From NCBI GenBank assembly GCA_965217775.1, contig CBDCJH010000002.1, forward strand, positions 4,608,001 through 4,672,000: DNA of 64,000 nt, given 5' to 3'. This stretch comes from Acidobacteriota bacterium (lineage in GTDB: Bacteria > Acidobacteriota > UBA6911 > RPQK01 > JAJDTT01). Positions 31,243 to 40,873 of this stretch are shown piece after piece; the first letter of the stretch is position 1; every line of letters starts with the position of its first letter. The notes below the pieces were generated by a model. It saw only the letters and a program-made list of their open reading frames with translations. It was not told the DNA's origin and did not search any database. Position numbers and translations under genes: made by a program.

Positions 31243-31409
31243 AAGATGCCGACCTCTTCGAAAAGTTGCGCTTTCCTCCCGAGCGGCATGGTGATGGTTT
31301 GAAACGTTTCCTCAACTTCTCCACGAGCATAAGCCCAACGAAAGGCGCCGGACAGGCACCTTCCCGACAGTGACGATTAAAAAAGATGCTGTCCCCTTCG
31401 AAAAGTTGC
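31243..31409 (-). promoter_or_regulatory. Two tandem ECF-type promoter candidates (GCAACTTTT-N11-GCATCTT)
   Basis: Copies at 31243-31269 and 31383-31409 inside ~48-bp imperfect direct repeats. Confidence 0.6.
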
Positions 31410-31600
31410 GCCCCCGGCGTGGGAAGAAAGGCCTTGGGGGCCCTCCGCCACACCGTCACGTATTAGTGACGGCGGAGTTTGAGGCAATCCCGGGGCAATG
31501 TCAAGAGGAGGAATGAAAGTTGTTTCGTTAGTACGTGATCTGTCCAGTCCCTTCAAGGCGAGGTCAGGATGAGCCTTTTCCCCACCGAGAGGAGGCGGGT

Positions 31601-31917
31601 ATGGAGCCGTATCCGCCGCGCGCCGCGGAGCGGAAGATGCAGGTGCAGGAAGTCGTCCTTCGAGCGATGAGTGGACAGATCAACCGGACCCAGGCGGCCG
31701 ATATCATTAGCGTGAATCCTCACAGCATGCGGCGCCGTTACTAAGAGATACGGCTACGACGGACTATACGATCGGCGGCGGAAGCGGCCCTCGCCGAAAC
31801 GAGTCCCCGTGGCCACAGTCGAGAAGGTGCTGCGACTGAACCGGGAGAAGCGTCGGGACTTCAACCTGACGCATTTGGTGGAGAGGCTGCATTCGGAGGA
31901 AGGGATCGAGCTGAGTT
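31601..31917 (+). pseudogene. Transposase N-terminal remnant (ISNCY/IS481-like HTH region)
   Basis: KMQVQEVVLRAMSG...QAADII, then stop/frameshift to YGYDGLYDRRRKRPSPKRVP. Confidence 0.7.
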
Positions 31918-31999
31918 GCAATTGAATGATCTCCCACTTTCTACCGGGTGGTGTCTATTATTGATGATCGCCCGAATGCGGGGTGAAGGGTCAAGACAA

Positions 32000-32221
32000 A
32001 TGGAGACAGTCACGGAAGAAACCAAAGAGGCGATCCCCAGCATAGACTTCGAGCGGATGGCGAGCACCTCCCAACCCAGCCTGGTCCAGGAGCTGCGGGA
32101 CTTCCTGCGCTACAACAAGAAGTGGTGGCTCGCGCCCATTATTCCGGTTCTGCTGCTGGCGGGCTTGCTGGTGCTGCTGAGTCAGTCGGGCGCGGCGCCC
32201 TTTGTCTACACGCTGTTTTAG
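32000..32221 (+). CDS. DUF5989-like small membrane protein
   Basis: FLRYNKKWWLAPII...APFVYTLF signature. Confidence 0.8.
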   Translation: METVTEETKEAIPSIDFERMASTSQPSLVQELRDFLRYNKKWWLAPIIPVLLLAGLLVLLSQSGAAPFVYTLF

Positions 32222-32289
32222 GCCGGACAGTCGCGGATTCTGCCGGGAATTCCCCCACTGGCTTCGGTCCCGCATAGTCCCGGCAGAAA

Positions 32290-32575
32290 AGGGAGGCGTG
32301 TGGGAGCGGGGGGTTGCAACTCTCGATTCGGGGACGGGGATGAGGAGGGGGGGAGGGACAGGAAAGTCCCCTGTACCCTTTAGGGGACTTCACCCACGGT
32401 GGGTGAAGAGGGCCATCCGGCCGGGAGCGACCCTAAAGTCCCCGCGCCTGAGAGCACCTGGAGGGGATTCGTGCCCCGGCCGGTAGCCGCGATGGAGAAC
32501 CGGTGGAAAGTCAGCGTCCTAGAACAGCCAGTACAGGAACCGATCCGAATCGCGGCGGCCCAACATCCATTTAAG
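32290..32575 (+). ncRNA. Predicted bridge RNA of IS110 element 1 (ends approximate)
   Basis: Stem-loops containing GGAGGGGA (complement of the right flank TCCCCTCC) and GTGGAAAGTC (9/10 match to the right end). Confidence 0.55.
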
Positions 32576-32591
32576 CACTCGGAGGGTCGGG

Positions 32592-33839
32592 ATGAAACAA
32601 GATCAATGGTTTGTGGGGGTCGATTGGGCCTCCCGGTCGCACCAAGTCTGCGTGCTGGACGCGCAAGGCACTTGTCAGGGACAGCGCAGCTTCCCGCATA
32701 GCGGTTCGGGCCTCGCCCAGATGGCCGACTGGATTCTCGAGCAGACGGGAACGAGTGCGGAGGCCGTCTCGGTGGCGATTGAAGTGATCAACGGTCCCGT
32801 AGTGGAGTTCCTGATGGGTCGGCGTTTTGTCGTCTATACCATCAATCCGACACAGTTGGATCGGTTCCGCGACCGCTTCTCGCCGGCCGGAGCGAAGGAT
32901 GACCGCCGCGATGCCCGGGTGCTGGCCGACGCCCTGAGAACCGACGGCAATCGCTTGCGACGGCTGGGTCCCGTCGACTCTGAGGTGATCGAGCTGCGCG
33001 AGTACTCACGACTGGCCGACCAGTTGATCCGCGAGCGGACCCGGCTGGTCAACCGTCTCCACGATCAACTCTGGCGCTACTATCCGCAGTTCCGGGACCT
33101 CAGCAAGAATCTCGCCGAGCCTTGGGTGATGGAAGTGTGGAAGCTGGCCCCGACGCCGGAGGATGCCCGGAAGCTGCGCCCGGTCCGCGTCGCCAAAGTG
33201 TTGAAACAACATCGGATCCGCCGAATCGACGCTCCCGAGGTCCTGCGTCTCTTGCGGGTGCCCTCCTTCCCCCTGGCCGCCGGCACCGTCCAGGCCGCCA
33301 AGGTTCACATCGCCAGCTTGGCGGAGCTCCTCGCTCTGGTCCAGCGCCAACTCCGTGACCTCTCTCGTGAGAGTGCGCGTCTGATCCGGGTTTTGGAGAA
33401 GCGGTTAGAGTCGGCGGCGGGGCCCCAGGGCCCGAGGCAGGACGTGGCGATCCTTGCCTCCCTGCCCGGGGTCGGCACCAGGGTTCTCGCCACACTACTC
33501 TCGGAAGCCTACGATGCGGTGCAACGAAGAGACTATGCCGCCTTGCGTTGTCTGTGCGGGGTCGCCCCCGTGACCCGGCGCTCCGGCAAACACACCCGCG
33601 TGGTGCGCCGCCAGGCGGTTCACCCTCGTCTGCGCGAGGCGGCCTATCATTGGGCCCGGGTATCCGCACAACACGACGCCACCAGCCGAGCCAAATACAA
33701 GGCCCTCAGGGAGCGCGGCCACGGCCATGCGCGGGCCCTGCGGTCCGTGGCTGACCGTCTGCTGGGGGTGGCCTGCACCATGTTGCGAAACCAGACGATG
33801 TTCGATGAGAATCATGCGAGACAGCGCCGTGCCGCTTGA
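32592..33839 (+). CDS. IS110-family recombinase (DEDD)
   Basis: VGVDWAS, VAIE, KDDRRDARVLA, LPGVG, GVAPVTRRSG. Confidence 0.95.
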   Translation: MKQDQWFVGVDWASRSHQVCVLDAQGTCQGQRSFPHSGSGLAQMADWILEQTGTSAEAVSVAIEVINGPVVEFLMGRRFVVYTINPTQLDRFRDRFSPAGAKDDRRDARVLADALRTDGNRLRRLGPVDSEVIELREYSRLADQLIRERTRLVNRLHDQLWRYYPQFRDLSKNLAEPWVMEVWKLAPTPEDARKLRPVRVAKVLKQHRIRRIDAPEVLRLLRVPSFPLAAGTVQAAKVHIASLAELLALVQRQLRDLSRESARLIRVLEKRLESAAGPQGPRQDVAILASLPGVGTRVLATLLSEAYDAVQRRDYAALRCLCGVAPVTRRSGKHTRVVRRQAVHPRLREAAYHWARVSAQHDATSRAKYKALRERGHGHARALRSVADRLLGVACTMLRNQTMFDENHARQRRAA

Positions 33840-33957
33840 TGTAGATCCGGCCCGAGGTTCGCTCCAGGCTCCGCCGTGCGCGACCGCGCCTGGGGCTCGA
33901 GTGCGAGCCCGCCTTGGCGAGATCGGTCCGGATCCGGTTCCGTCCTGGGATCTAGCC

Positions 33958-36422
33958 CTGCCCTTTACCCACATATTGCACAGGGCACATTAGCCTGGGT
34001 CTGGTTTCATTCATGTTTCTTCTCGTAAAGCGAAGCCCAGACACATGCCGTAGAGCGTGACGTAGCCCTGCCACATCAGTTGATGCCCGGGTGGGGGGTC
34101 GTGTTTACGAGCCAGATATCCCCCCAGGCGGGCCAGCACGAGCACGGCCGCCCCCAGGTCTTCCGGCGGTGGGTATCGTCACGACGCGGCAAACGCCCCC
34201 AGGACCCGGATTTCCAGATCGGAAAACAGCAACTGCGCCGGCAGGTCCGGGTCCTCTCGCCCCAACAGCGTCATCAGCATGATCCGCCAAGCGATGACGG
34301 CGTGCATGGCGATGGCCCGTTTCAGACGTTCGGCGGTTTGGTGCTGGAGCTGTTGCACCCGGCATCCGGTCTTGAGCACCCGGAAATAATCCTCCACCCG
34401 CCAGCGCAGCGCATACCATCTCAGCAGTTGCTGCGCCGTCTCGACATCGGTCACGGGCATGGTGGTGAGCAGGAACCATTCCAGGCGCTTCCCGTCCGCC
34501 GGCGGCGCGACCTCCCGCGCGTGCACCACCGACAGTCTCAGCGAAGGGATGCCGGTTGGGTTCCCGCGCGGCGCCGGAATCGTCAGGGTCTCGTAGCGCA
34601 GTTCCATCCGTGCCACCCGCGCCAGCCGCCGCGGGCGGGCCGCCTGCTTGCTGGCCTTGATCCGCGCACTCTGACGCTTCACCTCCAGCAGCATCCGGGC
34701 CCGCACCGGCGCCGATCGCAGGCGCCCGAACAGCTTCCGCTTCTGCTCCGGGTCCGGATCCCCGCTTTTCCCGGCCGCCTTCGCCCGGGTCTTCCGCTTC
34801 AGCACCCGATCCTGCTTCGCACGCACCAGCAACTCCACCTCCGGAGACGCTCGTTGCTCGGCGAACAGTGCGAAAAAATCCGCCGCCCGGTCCACCACGC
34901 TGACCACCCGCACCCCCTCGAGGGACCGCGACACCTCGGCGCAGTCCCGAAGTCCCTCGATCCAGCGATACGTCTTCTTCTTTTTCCGCGTGGCCGCCGG
35001 TCCCGGCTTCGGCGCGTCCAGCTTCGCCCGCAACACCCCCAGCGGCAGCCCCGTCTCACTCACCACCAGCGTCGCGTGCAGATGCAGTCCCCGCGCCGTC
35101 GCTCCCGTCTGGTTGCGCCCGATCACCCCCAGTCCCTCACACCGGCCGTGCCGCGTGAAGTTCAGATCGCTCCCGTCCTGGATACACAGCACCGTCCGCT
35201 GCCCCTGCATCCGCTGTCGGGTCCGCTCCCGGTGCGGGGCCAGGATGTTGGACACCGTCACCGCCGAGGCTTCCGGCTGGTCGATCAGCCGGTAGTATCC
35301 CTTGACCGCCGCCGGATCGCCCCGCGCCACTCCCGTGAACGCCCGCCCCGGTTCCTGCGCCTGACGGTGCGCACTCTCCACCAGTCGCCGACTCAAGCGC
35401 CGGTCTCCCAGCGGCGCCCCGCCCAACTCCTGCTGCGCCCAGCCCTCTCCCTCCAGTCCCTCGCCCTCCGACATCGGTTCCACTCCCCGCCTCGGCGCCG
35501 GTCCCACCCCCAACCGCCGCCGCCAATCCCGGCACAACTCATACCCATAGATCGCCTTGCTCGTCTCCGCCGCCCGGTGCGCCCGATCTTGCCGGCCTCG
35601 ACCTTGCGTCTTCCCCAGAACCCTCCAGTTCGAGGCGCGCAAACTGGCCCCATCGTGGCGGGCCGTCTCCACGAAGGTCTCCACCAGCCAGGGCCGGTAG
35701 CCGTAGCGCGCCTGGAACTCCGGACCCAGCCGCCGCAACGCCTCCCCCAGCACCCGGGAGGCCAGATTACGACATCTCACCGACGGACGGATCAGAAACC
35801 GGCTCAGCCCCACCACCCGGTGCAGGTGCGCCCGGCGCTGTTCCTTATCCCATCCGATCCAGCGGTCCCGGTCCCGCAACCGCAACGCCGCCGCCCCGAA
35901 GCCCAAGCCCCCCAGCCAGCCGTGCGCCGAGTTCACCAGATAGCGTAACTGAGCACCCACCAACGGCCCCGCGCCCCGCGGATGCTCTCGCGCCATCAAC
36001 TCGTTCCAGAGCGCTCGCTGCGGACTCGTCTCCACCAGAATCAATTCCAGCTCCCGCACGCCGTCCACCGTCGCGGGCACTCCCACCGCCTCCGGCACCG
36101 CTCGGCCCAGTCCTCGGGGCCCGCAATGTTTCACCCGCCGTCGCGGCGTCGGCAGACGAATCCGTCCGCGCGCCTCCAACTCCCGCAGCGCCTTCAGGCA
36201 GCCGCTCCGTTGCGCCCGCCCTCGGGCATCGTGAAATCCAAACTCCGAGCAGACCCGGTCTGCCAGCGCCGTCCGGTGGGCGAACTTCTCCCGCCTCATC
36301 ACGGCGTGTAAACGATCCAACTCTCGGCTCAAGGTGCGCTTGATCTGGCTCTGAACTACCATGTCGTGGAGACTACGACAGGCAATCTTGTTTGTCCAGC
36401 ACTATTTGTGGGTATAGGGCAG
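33958..36422 (-). mobile_element. IS4-family (IS50/Tn5-like) element
   Basis: TIR CTGCCCT(T/A)TACCCACA; 8-bp TSD ATCTAGCC at 33950-33957 and 36423-36430. Confidence 0.9.
34011..36362 (-). pseudogene. DUF4338-like plus Tn5-type transposase fusion with a premature TGA at 34179-34181
   Basis: IQDGSDL, YALRWRVEDYFRVLKTGC; the frame resumes after the stop (ARLGGYLARKHDPPPG) to TGA at 34011. Confidence 0.85.
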
Positions 36423-36538
36423 ATCTAGCCGCCGCCGTCGAGCCGGTGGGAAAGTGGGAAACATTCCCATGTTTTCCACTTTCCCACCGGCTCCTGGCTC
36501 CTCCCGTGCCCCCTTGATAAAAGGTGGGAAGTCCCCTC

Positions 36539-37663
36539 CTATCCGGACTCGAGGATTCGCCGAACCGTCTCGGCCAGGCGGCGGGCTATCAGTTCATTGC
36601 CCCGATCCCCCGGGTGAACATTGTCCAGGAAGACATCCTCCTTCACCTCATCGAAAACCGTAGTCAGGTCGAGGAACGAAAGACCTTCCTCGCGCAGGCT
36701 CCCCACCCGGTCTCGAATCTCTTGCGAGGCGTGTTGGAAGTAGGCTTGACTCTGCCGGTTCAGACGAGCCGATTCCCGGGGACTCAACTCTTTTCCGGTG
36801 GTGTAGAGCGAGGGCTGAAGGACGAAGAGATAGGGAGAGTCCCTCATGCGGAGGGCCACCGTGGCCAGTTGAACATTCTTCGCCAGGCGTGCCGCCACCA
36901 GGGGAGGGTCCACGGGTCGATCTCCGATCTCCTGCACGTCGACGAGGCCCCCGCGGCCCAAGAGGCGAAGTGCGGAATCGTTCAGCGACCAGAACAAGTG
37001 ATCGTGGTAGGTCCTGAACCACATCACGTCTCGTCCCATCTGTCCCCAGTGCACGTCGTTGAGGCCGGAGAAAGAGATCACCAGGTCCGGCTGCCATTCG
37101 GAGAGACGGTTTTCGATGAGGATTCTCTCGTGGGTTGAAGCCCAGGCGGGATTGGCCAGGGTAAAGACCCGATACCGCGGCTCGGCCACACCGCGGTTGA
37201 GTTCCGCCTCGAGATATCCCCCGATGGTCCGATCTTGGGAAGGGGCTCCCGACCCGAAGGCCACGGAGCCTCCCGTGATAAAGATGCGCGCTACACCGGC
37301 TTGCTTCCGGGCAGGCAGCTCCCGGGTGGACCGAAACTGGCGGCGATTGATGGTGGCGTTGCCACTGGTTCCCGGTTGGGGACCGGTCCCCACGAAGGGA
37401 GTGGGGACGTTGGGGACGGCCCAGGTGAAGCCCTCCATTGCCTCCAGGGCAGCCTCCGGTTCATGGTAGGCTCGGGCCAGGTCCGGCCATTCCCCCGGGG
37501 GTATGAAACCACCCATGAGCTCCCTCCGCCAAGTCTCGCTCGCGGATCCCCGCAGGGACCGGATCTCCAGATAGGATCCGATCAGGATTCCTGTTCCCAG
37601 CAGGGCTGTTGTCAAGAGGGTCGCGGCCAGCGCCAGCACCAGTTTTATTCGGAGATCGCTCAC
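36539..37663 (-). CDS. SGNH/GDSL hydrolase-like membrane-anchored protein
   Basis: GGSVAFG, SGLND, FLDNVHP. Confidence 0.8.
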   Translation of the reverse strand: MSDLRIKLVLALAATLLTTALLGTGILIGSYLEIRSLRGSASETWRRELMGGFIPPGEWPDLARAYHEPEAALEAMEGFTWAVPNVPTPFVGTGPQPGTSGNATINRRQFRSTRELPARKQAGVARIFITGGSVAFGSGAPSQDRTIGGYLEAELNRGVAEPRYRVFTLANPAWASTHERILIENRLSEWQPDLVISFSGLNDVHWGQMGRDVMWFRTYHDHLFWSLNDSALRLLGRGGLVDVQEIGDRPVDPPLVAARLAKNVQLATVALRMRDSPYLFVLQPSLYTTGKELSPRESARLNRQSQAYFQHASQEIRDRVGSLREEGLSFLDLTTVFDEVKEDVFLDNVHPGDRGNELIARRLAETVRRILESG

Positions 37664-37820
37664 AGAGCAGGATTATGGAGCGAACCTGAGGCCGGTCACA
37701 AGGAGGGCGGGTTGGGTCGTTTCGTTATTACGTGAAGTGTCCGGGAGGAGTGAAAGCAGGTTTCCAGACAGCGAAACCGAACCTCCCCGAGTGATCTCGA
37801 AGGGGTGAATTCGGAAGATC

Positions 37821-38078
37821 TCAGTCTTGGCGGCAGGTCCGGCGGTCTTCCCCGTTGCTCGGGCGGGTCGGCTTCCGCATTACCCGTTTCGAGATCTGCT
37901 CAGCATTCACATGTTGCGGTCTGCGGACTCGCTGAGTCGCCCAAGTCGATCCTTTGACATCGGAGTGCCTCAATCCATATCGTTGCCTCCACGAACCGCT
38001 CCGACTGCTTCCGGCTGGAGCGACAGTTGCCGGGTGGGATTCGCACCCACTGAGAAACCGCGCCTTTGCACGGCGCTC
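37821..38078 (-). mobile_element. 5' fragment (domain I) of a group II intron, no RT ORF
   Basis: Begins GAGCGCCGTGCAAAGGCGCG...GGGTGCGAATCCCACCCGGCAACTGTCGCTCCAGCCGGAAGC, resembling bacterial group II intron 5' ends. Confidence 0.7.
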
Positions 38079-38107
38079 TGAGATATCCCGGCAAAGTCCG
38101 TAGTAGG

Positions 38108-38524
38108 ATGACACCCGTAACAGTGAAGGGCCTGAAACGATTGCTGGTCGGTATCGCTAGCGCCGGAACTATTTTCTGGGCCGTGATTCCCAGCCCCGAT
38201 TCGACGGAGGACCGGCAGAAAGAATGTTTTCGGCAGCGGATTGCTCGCCTTTCATATACCGCTGTTGAGCCGGACATGACGACGATTGAAGTCAGGCCGC
38301 CGGAATGGGTCGACATCACATTCAAGGGCGAGACGGCCCGCATTCTCGACCTCAACAAAGAGAGCGCCCGCCGCGCCGCCTCCGTCGGGCTTCGCATGTG
38401 GCGCGACTGTGCCTATCTGACGCGCTATAAGCCGATCATTCGCGGCATGAAGCTCTACAACGATCGCGGTGACATACTCACCAGCTTTCACACCGGCTCG
38501 CAGGGCCGGATCAACAGCCGGTGA
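38108..38524 (+). CDS. Hypothetical protein with an N-terminal hydrophobic segment
   Basis: 138-aa ORF, AGG before ATG, plausible composition. Confidence 0.5.
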   Translation: MTPVTVKGLKRLLVGIASAGTIFWAVIPSPDSTEDRQKECFRQRIARLSYTAVEPDMTTIEVRPPEWVDITFKGETARILDLNKESARRAASVGLRMWRDCAYLTRYKPIIRGMKLYNDRGDILTSFHTGSQGRINSR

Positions 38525-38775
38525 CCCTCCGATGGAAGCAAGACCGCTCACACAGTAGAACGGGGTCCGGTTTCCCCTTCCGTTGACTATCCTGCCTCAT
38601 CCGGCCCCTGGCGCTTTCGCGCCGATTCCCTCCTCCAGGGCCGATTTCGTCTGGTCCTGAGAAAAAAGAAGGGGACTATATAGCGAGAGAGCGAATATCG
38701 GCCCTATGCGGGCCTGTTGGCGTTTGGGCCGGTGTGTTGGGAGGAGAGCGAGTCGCTTAGGGCAAGCCAACCTAG

Positions 38776-38933
38776 CAGCCCGTGGCAAAAGTCATCACGG
38801 CATTCGACCGTCCCTGCATCCCGGCGGACGGCGTTGCTATCGGCTCACATACTCCCGGTATGCACCCGAATCGCGCCTTGTCCGGCGGGCGCAGGAACGG
38901 TCTCGGTGCTCGCGGGACTTTCACCACGGACTG
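38776..38933. mobile_element. ~158-bp MITE (CAGCCCGTGG...CCACGGACTG)
   Basis: TIRs; TSD CTAG; other copies at 39530-39687 and 44784-44942. Confidence 0.9.
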
Positions 38934-38937
38934 CTAG

Positions 38938-39065
38938 CCCGCATTTCTCACCAGGTCGCTACGCGTATGATGAAAAATAATCTGTTTTTGAGCATTTACG
39001 CGGAATTTTCCAAGGTTTCTCCGGGACAGACTGCGCTGGGCGCGCGCGCTGATGAGAAATCCGGG
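38938..39065. mobile_element. 128-bp MITE with IS1380-like ends
   Basis: CCCGCATTTCTCACCA / TGATGAGAAATCCGGG; CTAG on both sides. Confidence 0.7.
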
Positions 39066-39321
39066 CTAGCTGTTGCGGGGACTGAGGATCAGGATTGCCT
39101 TCGACAACGAACATGCAGTTTCCATTATTCGTTTTCAGCCGCTCGTGACACGGGGCCTTGACGTCATCGCACGATGGATCCTGGATTATGCGGGGCCTGC
39201 GGCTGCCGATCGGTCGCTTTCCGAGATCGAAAGGACGATCACGAGCCGGGCACAAACCCCACACAGGGGATCGATCCGCAATGAAATGGCGACCGGGTTG
39301 CAAGCAATCGGGCTTATATAC

Positions 39322-40659
39322 CTAAGTGCCCTTGGCATACAGTTCTGGCACCACGCTTTCCCCAACGAGATACGTTCCGGTGCCCAGGGCAAGAACCCCA
39401 GCCCTGAGAATGTTCAGGGCGGCATTGTGGTCCCTGTCCATTCCAAGTCCGCAGGCCCTGCACCGGAAGGTTTCGCTCCGCCCTGGATCGTGGCGGGCGC
39501 CGCACCGGTGGCAGTCCTGCGATGTATATCAGCCCGTGGCAAAAGTCGTCACGGCATTCGACCGTCCCTGCATCCCGGCGGACTGCGTTGCGATTCGGGC
39601 ACATACTCCCGGTATGCACCCGAATCGCGCCTTGTCCGGCGGGCGCAGGAACGGTCTCGGTGCTCGCGCGACTTTCACCACGGACTGATATGCGGGATTC
39701 ACTTCTACGAACTTCCGACCGGCCCATTCTGCCTTGTACTGGATTTGATTCCGCAGAAGCCCCCAGGATTGCGTCAGTATTTCTCGATTCAGCCCCTTCT
39801 TCTTCGAGCCCTTCGTTACCATCCCTTGGATGTTCAGCTTCTCCACAGCGATCAGACCGTGCTCACGAATGATCCTGGTGGAGAGACGATGGCAGGCATT
39901 ACGGTTTCGGACCGATTCCCGGTGACGGAGCCGAGATAGCTGTACGATCCGCTTCCGTCTGGTCTTGGAAATCTTCTTGCACCTGGAGACCTTTCTCTGC
40001 TGCTTTCGGATCCCCGCCCAGTCCCGTCTATTCCGTTCGATCCTCTCACCCGTGGACAGCACCGCTCGCTGGCGGACTCCCAGGTCGATCCCCACCGAAG
40101 ACTCGCATTTCGGTAGCGGCGGCTTCTCCACCTCGTACGTCAGGTCCACATACACCCGGTTCGGCTTGCGGACAATCCGCAACGCCTTCAACGGGCATCC
40201 GTCCGGCAACGGCCGGGACGGAAATATCCGGATCGTCGGGAAGCCCTTGGGCCGGATGGCGTAGCCCCGAGCGCGCTTCTTCACCCGGGTCGCCTTGGGG
40301 TCGACGACGTCGATGGTCTCCATCCTCGCAATGGGCCGGAATCGAGGATACCCCGGCTTCTCCCCCGCCTTGCAGCGACGGAAGAACGCCTTGAAGGCCC
40401 GGTCCAACCACATCAACATCCCACGCTCCGCCTTGACCGCCACCGACCCGAGCCCCTCCGGATCGTCCTTCCTCTGGGAGGTCAACCCCTTCATCTGATC
40501 GTACAGGGTCACGCCGCGTTGCTCGGATTCCCAGGCCGTCCTGCGTTCCTCCAGTGCAGCGTTGTACAGCCGATTCAGGATGGACCTCACCCCGTCCAAC
40601 CGCCGGATTCCACCCTTGGACAGCTTGGCTCTGCACTGGATAGTTGCGTGGACTTTCAT
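39322..40659 (-). pseudogene. tnpB: TnpB RNA-guided endonuclease interrupted by a MITE
   Basis: LYNAALEER, GYPRF, VGIDLG, IAVEKL; removing the MITE restores VNPAYTSQDCHRC...CRAC...DRDHNAALNI. Confidence 0.92.
39530..39687. mobile_element. MITE copy inserted in tnpB
   Basis: TSD ATAT; near-identical to 38776-38933. Confidence 0.92.
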
Positions 40660-40873
40660 GGTAGGAATCGTAACCCATCAGCCTGAATTCTCGGCACTTA
40701 CGTATATAATCCCCCAAGCAATCCCCGGCGGTCGAAAAGCCGTCGTCGCCTTTGCCGTCGACGACGACGCGGGCGAGTTTCTCAGTCATGCCGGGGCCGA
40801 TTGGGTGGCGCAGATGCCTGGAAGGCAAGATGTCGAGGGAGAGAGGGGGGCGGGGCATCTTTTGGGGATTAAG

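Larger units (their letters stand above)
32272..36535 (+). mobile_element. IS110-family element 1, with an IS4-like element nested in its right end
   Basis: GTCCC at both junctions (32267-32271, 36531-36535); joining the ends gives TTGATA-17 nt-CATAGT. Confidence 0.75.
39309..40714 (-). mobile_element. Non-autonomous TIR-bounded element carrying only tnpB
   Basis: 22-bp TIRs (19/22 identical); 8-bp TSD CAAGCAAT at 39301-39308 and 40715-40722. Confidence 0.85.
39120..40830 (+). pseudogene. parE: ParE/RelE-family toxin gene split by the TnpB element (ends approximate)
   Basis: Rejoined frame: IRFQPLVTRGLDVIARWILDYAG...TPHRGSIRNEMATGLQAI|PGGRKAVVAFAVDDDAGE. Confidence 0.7.

Noticed and set aside
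39322-40659. Cas12f/type V CRISPR effector
   Set aside because: No array nearby; size and motifs fit TnpB inside a transposon-like unit
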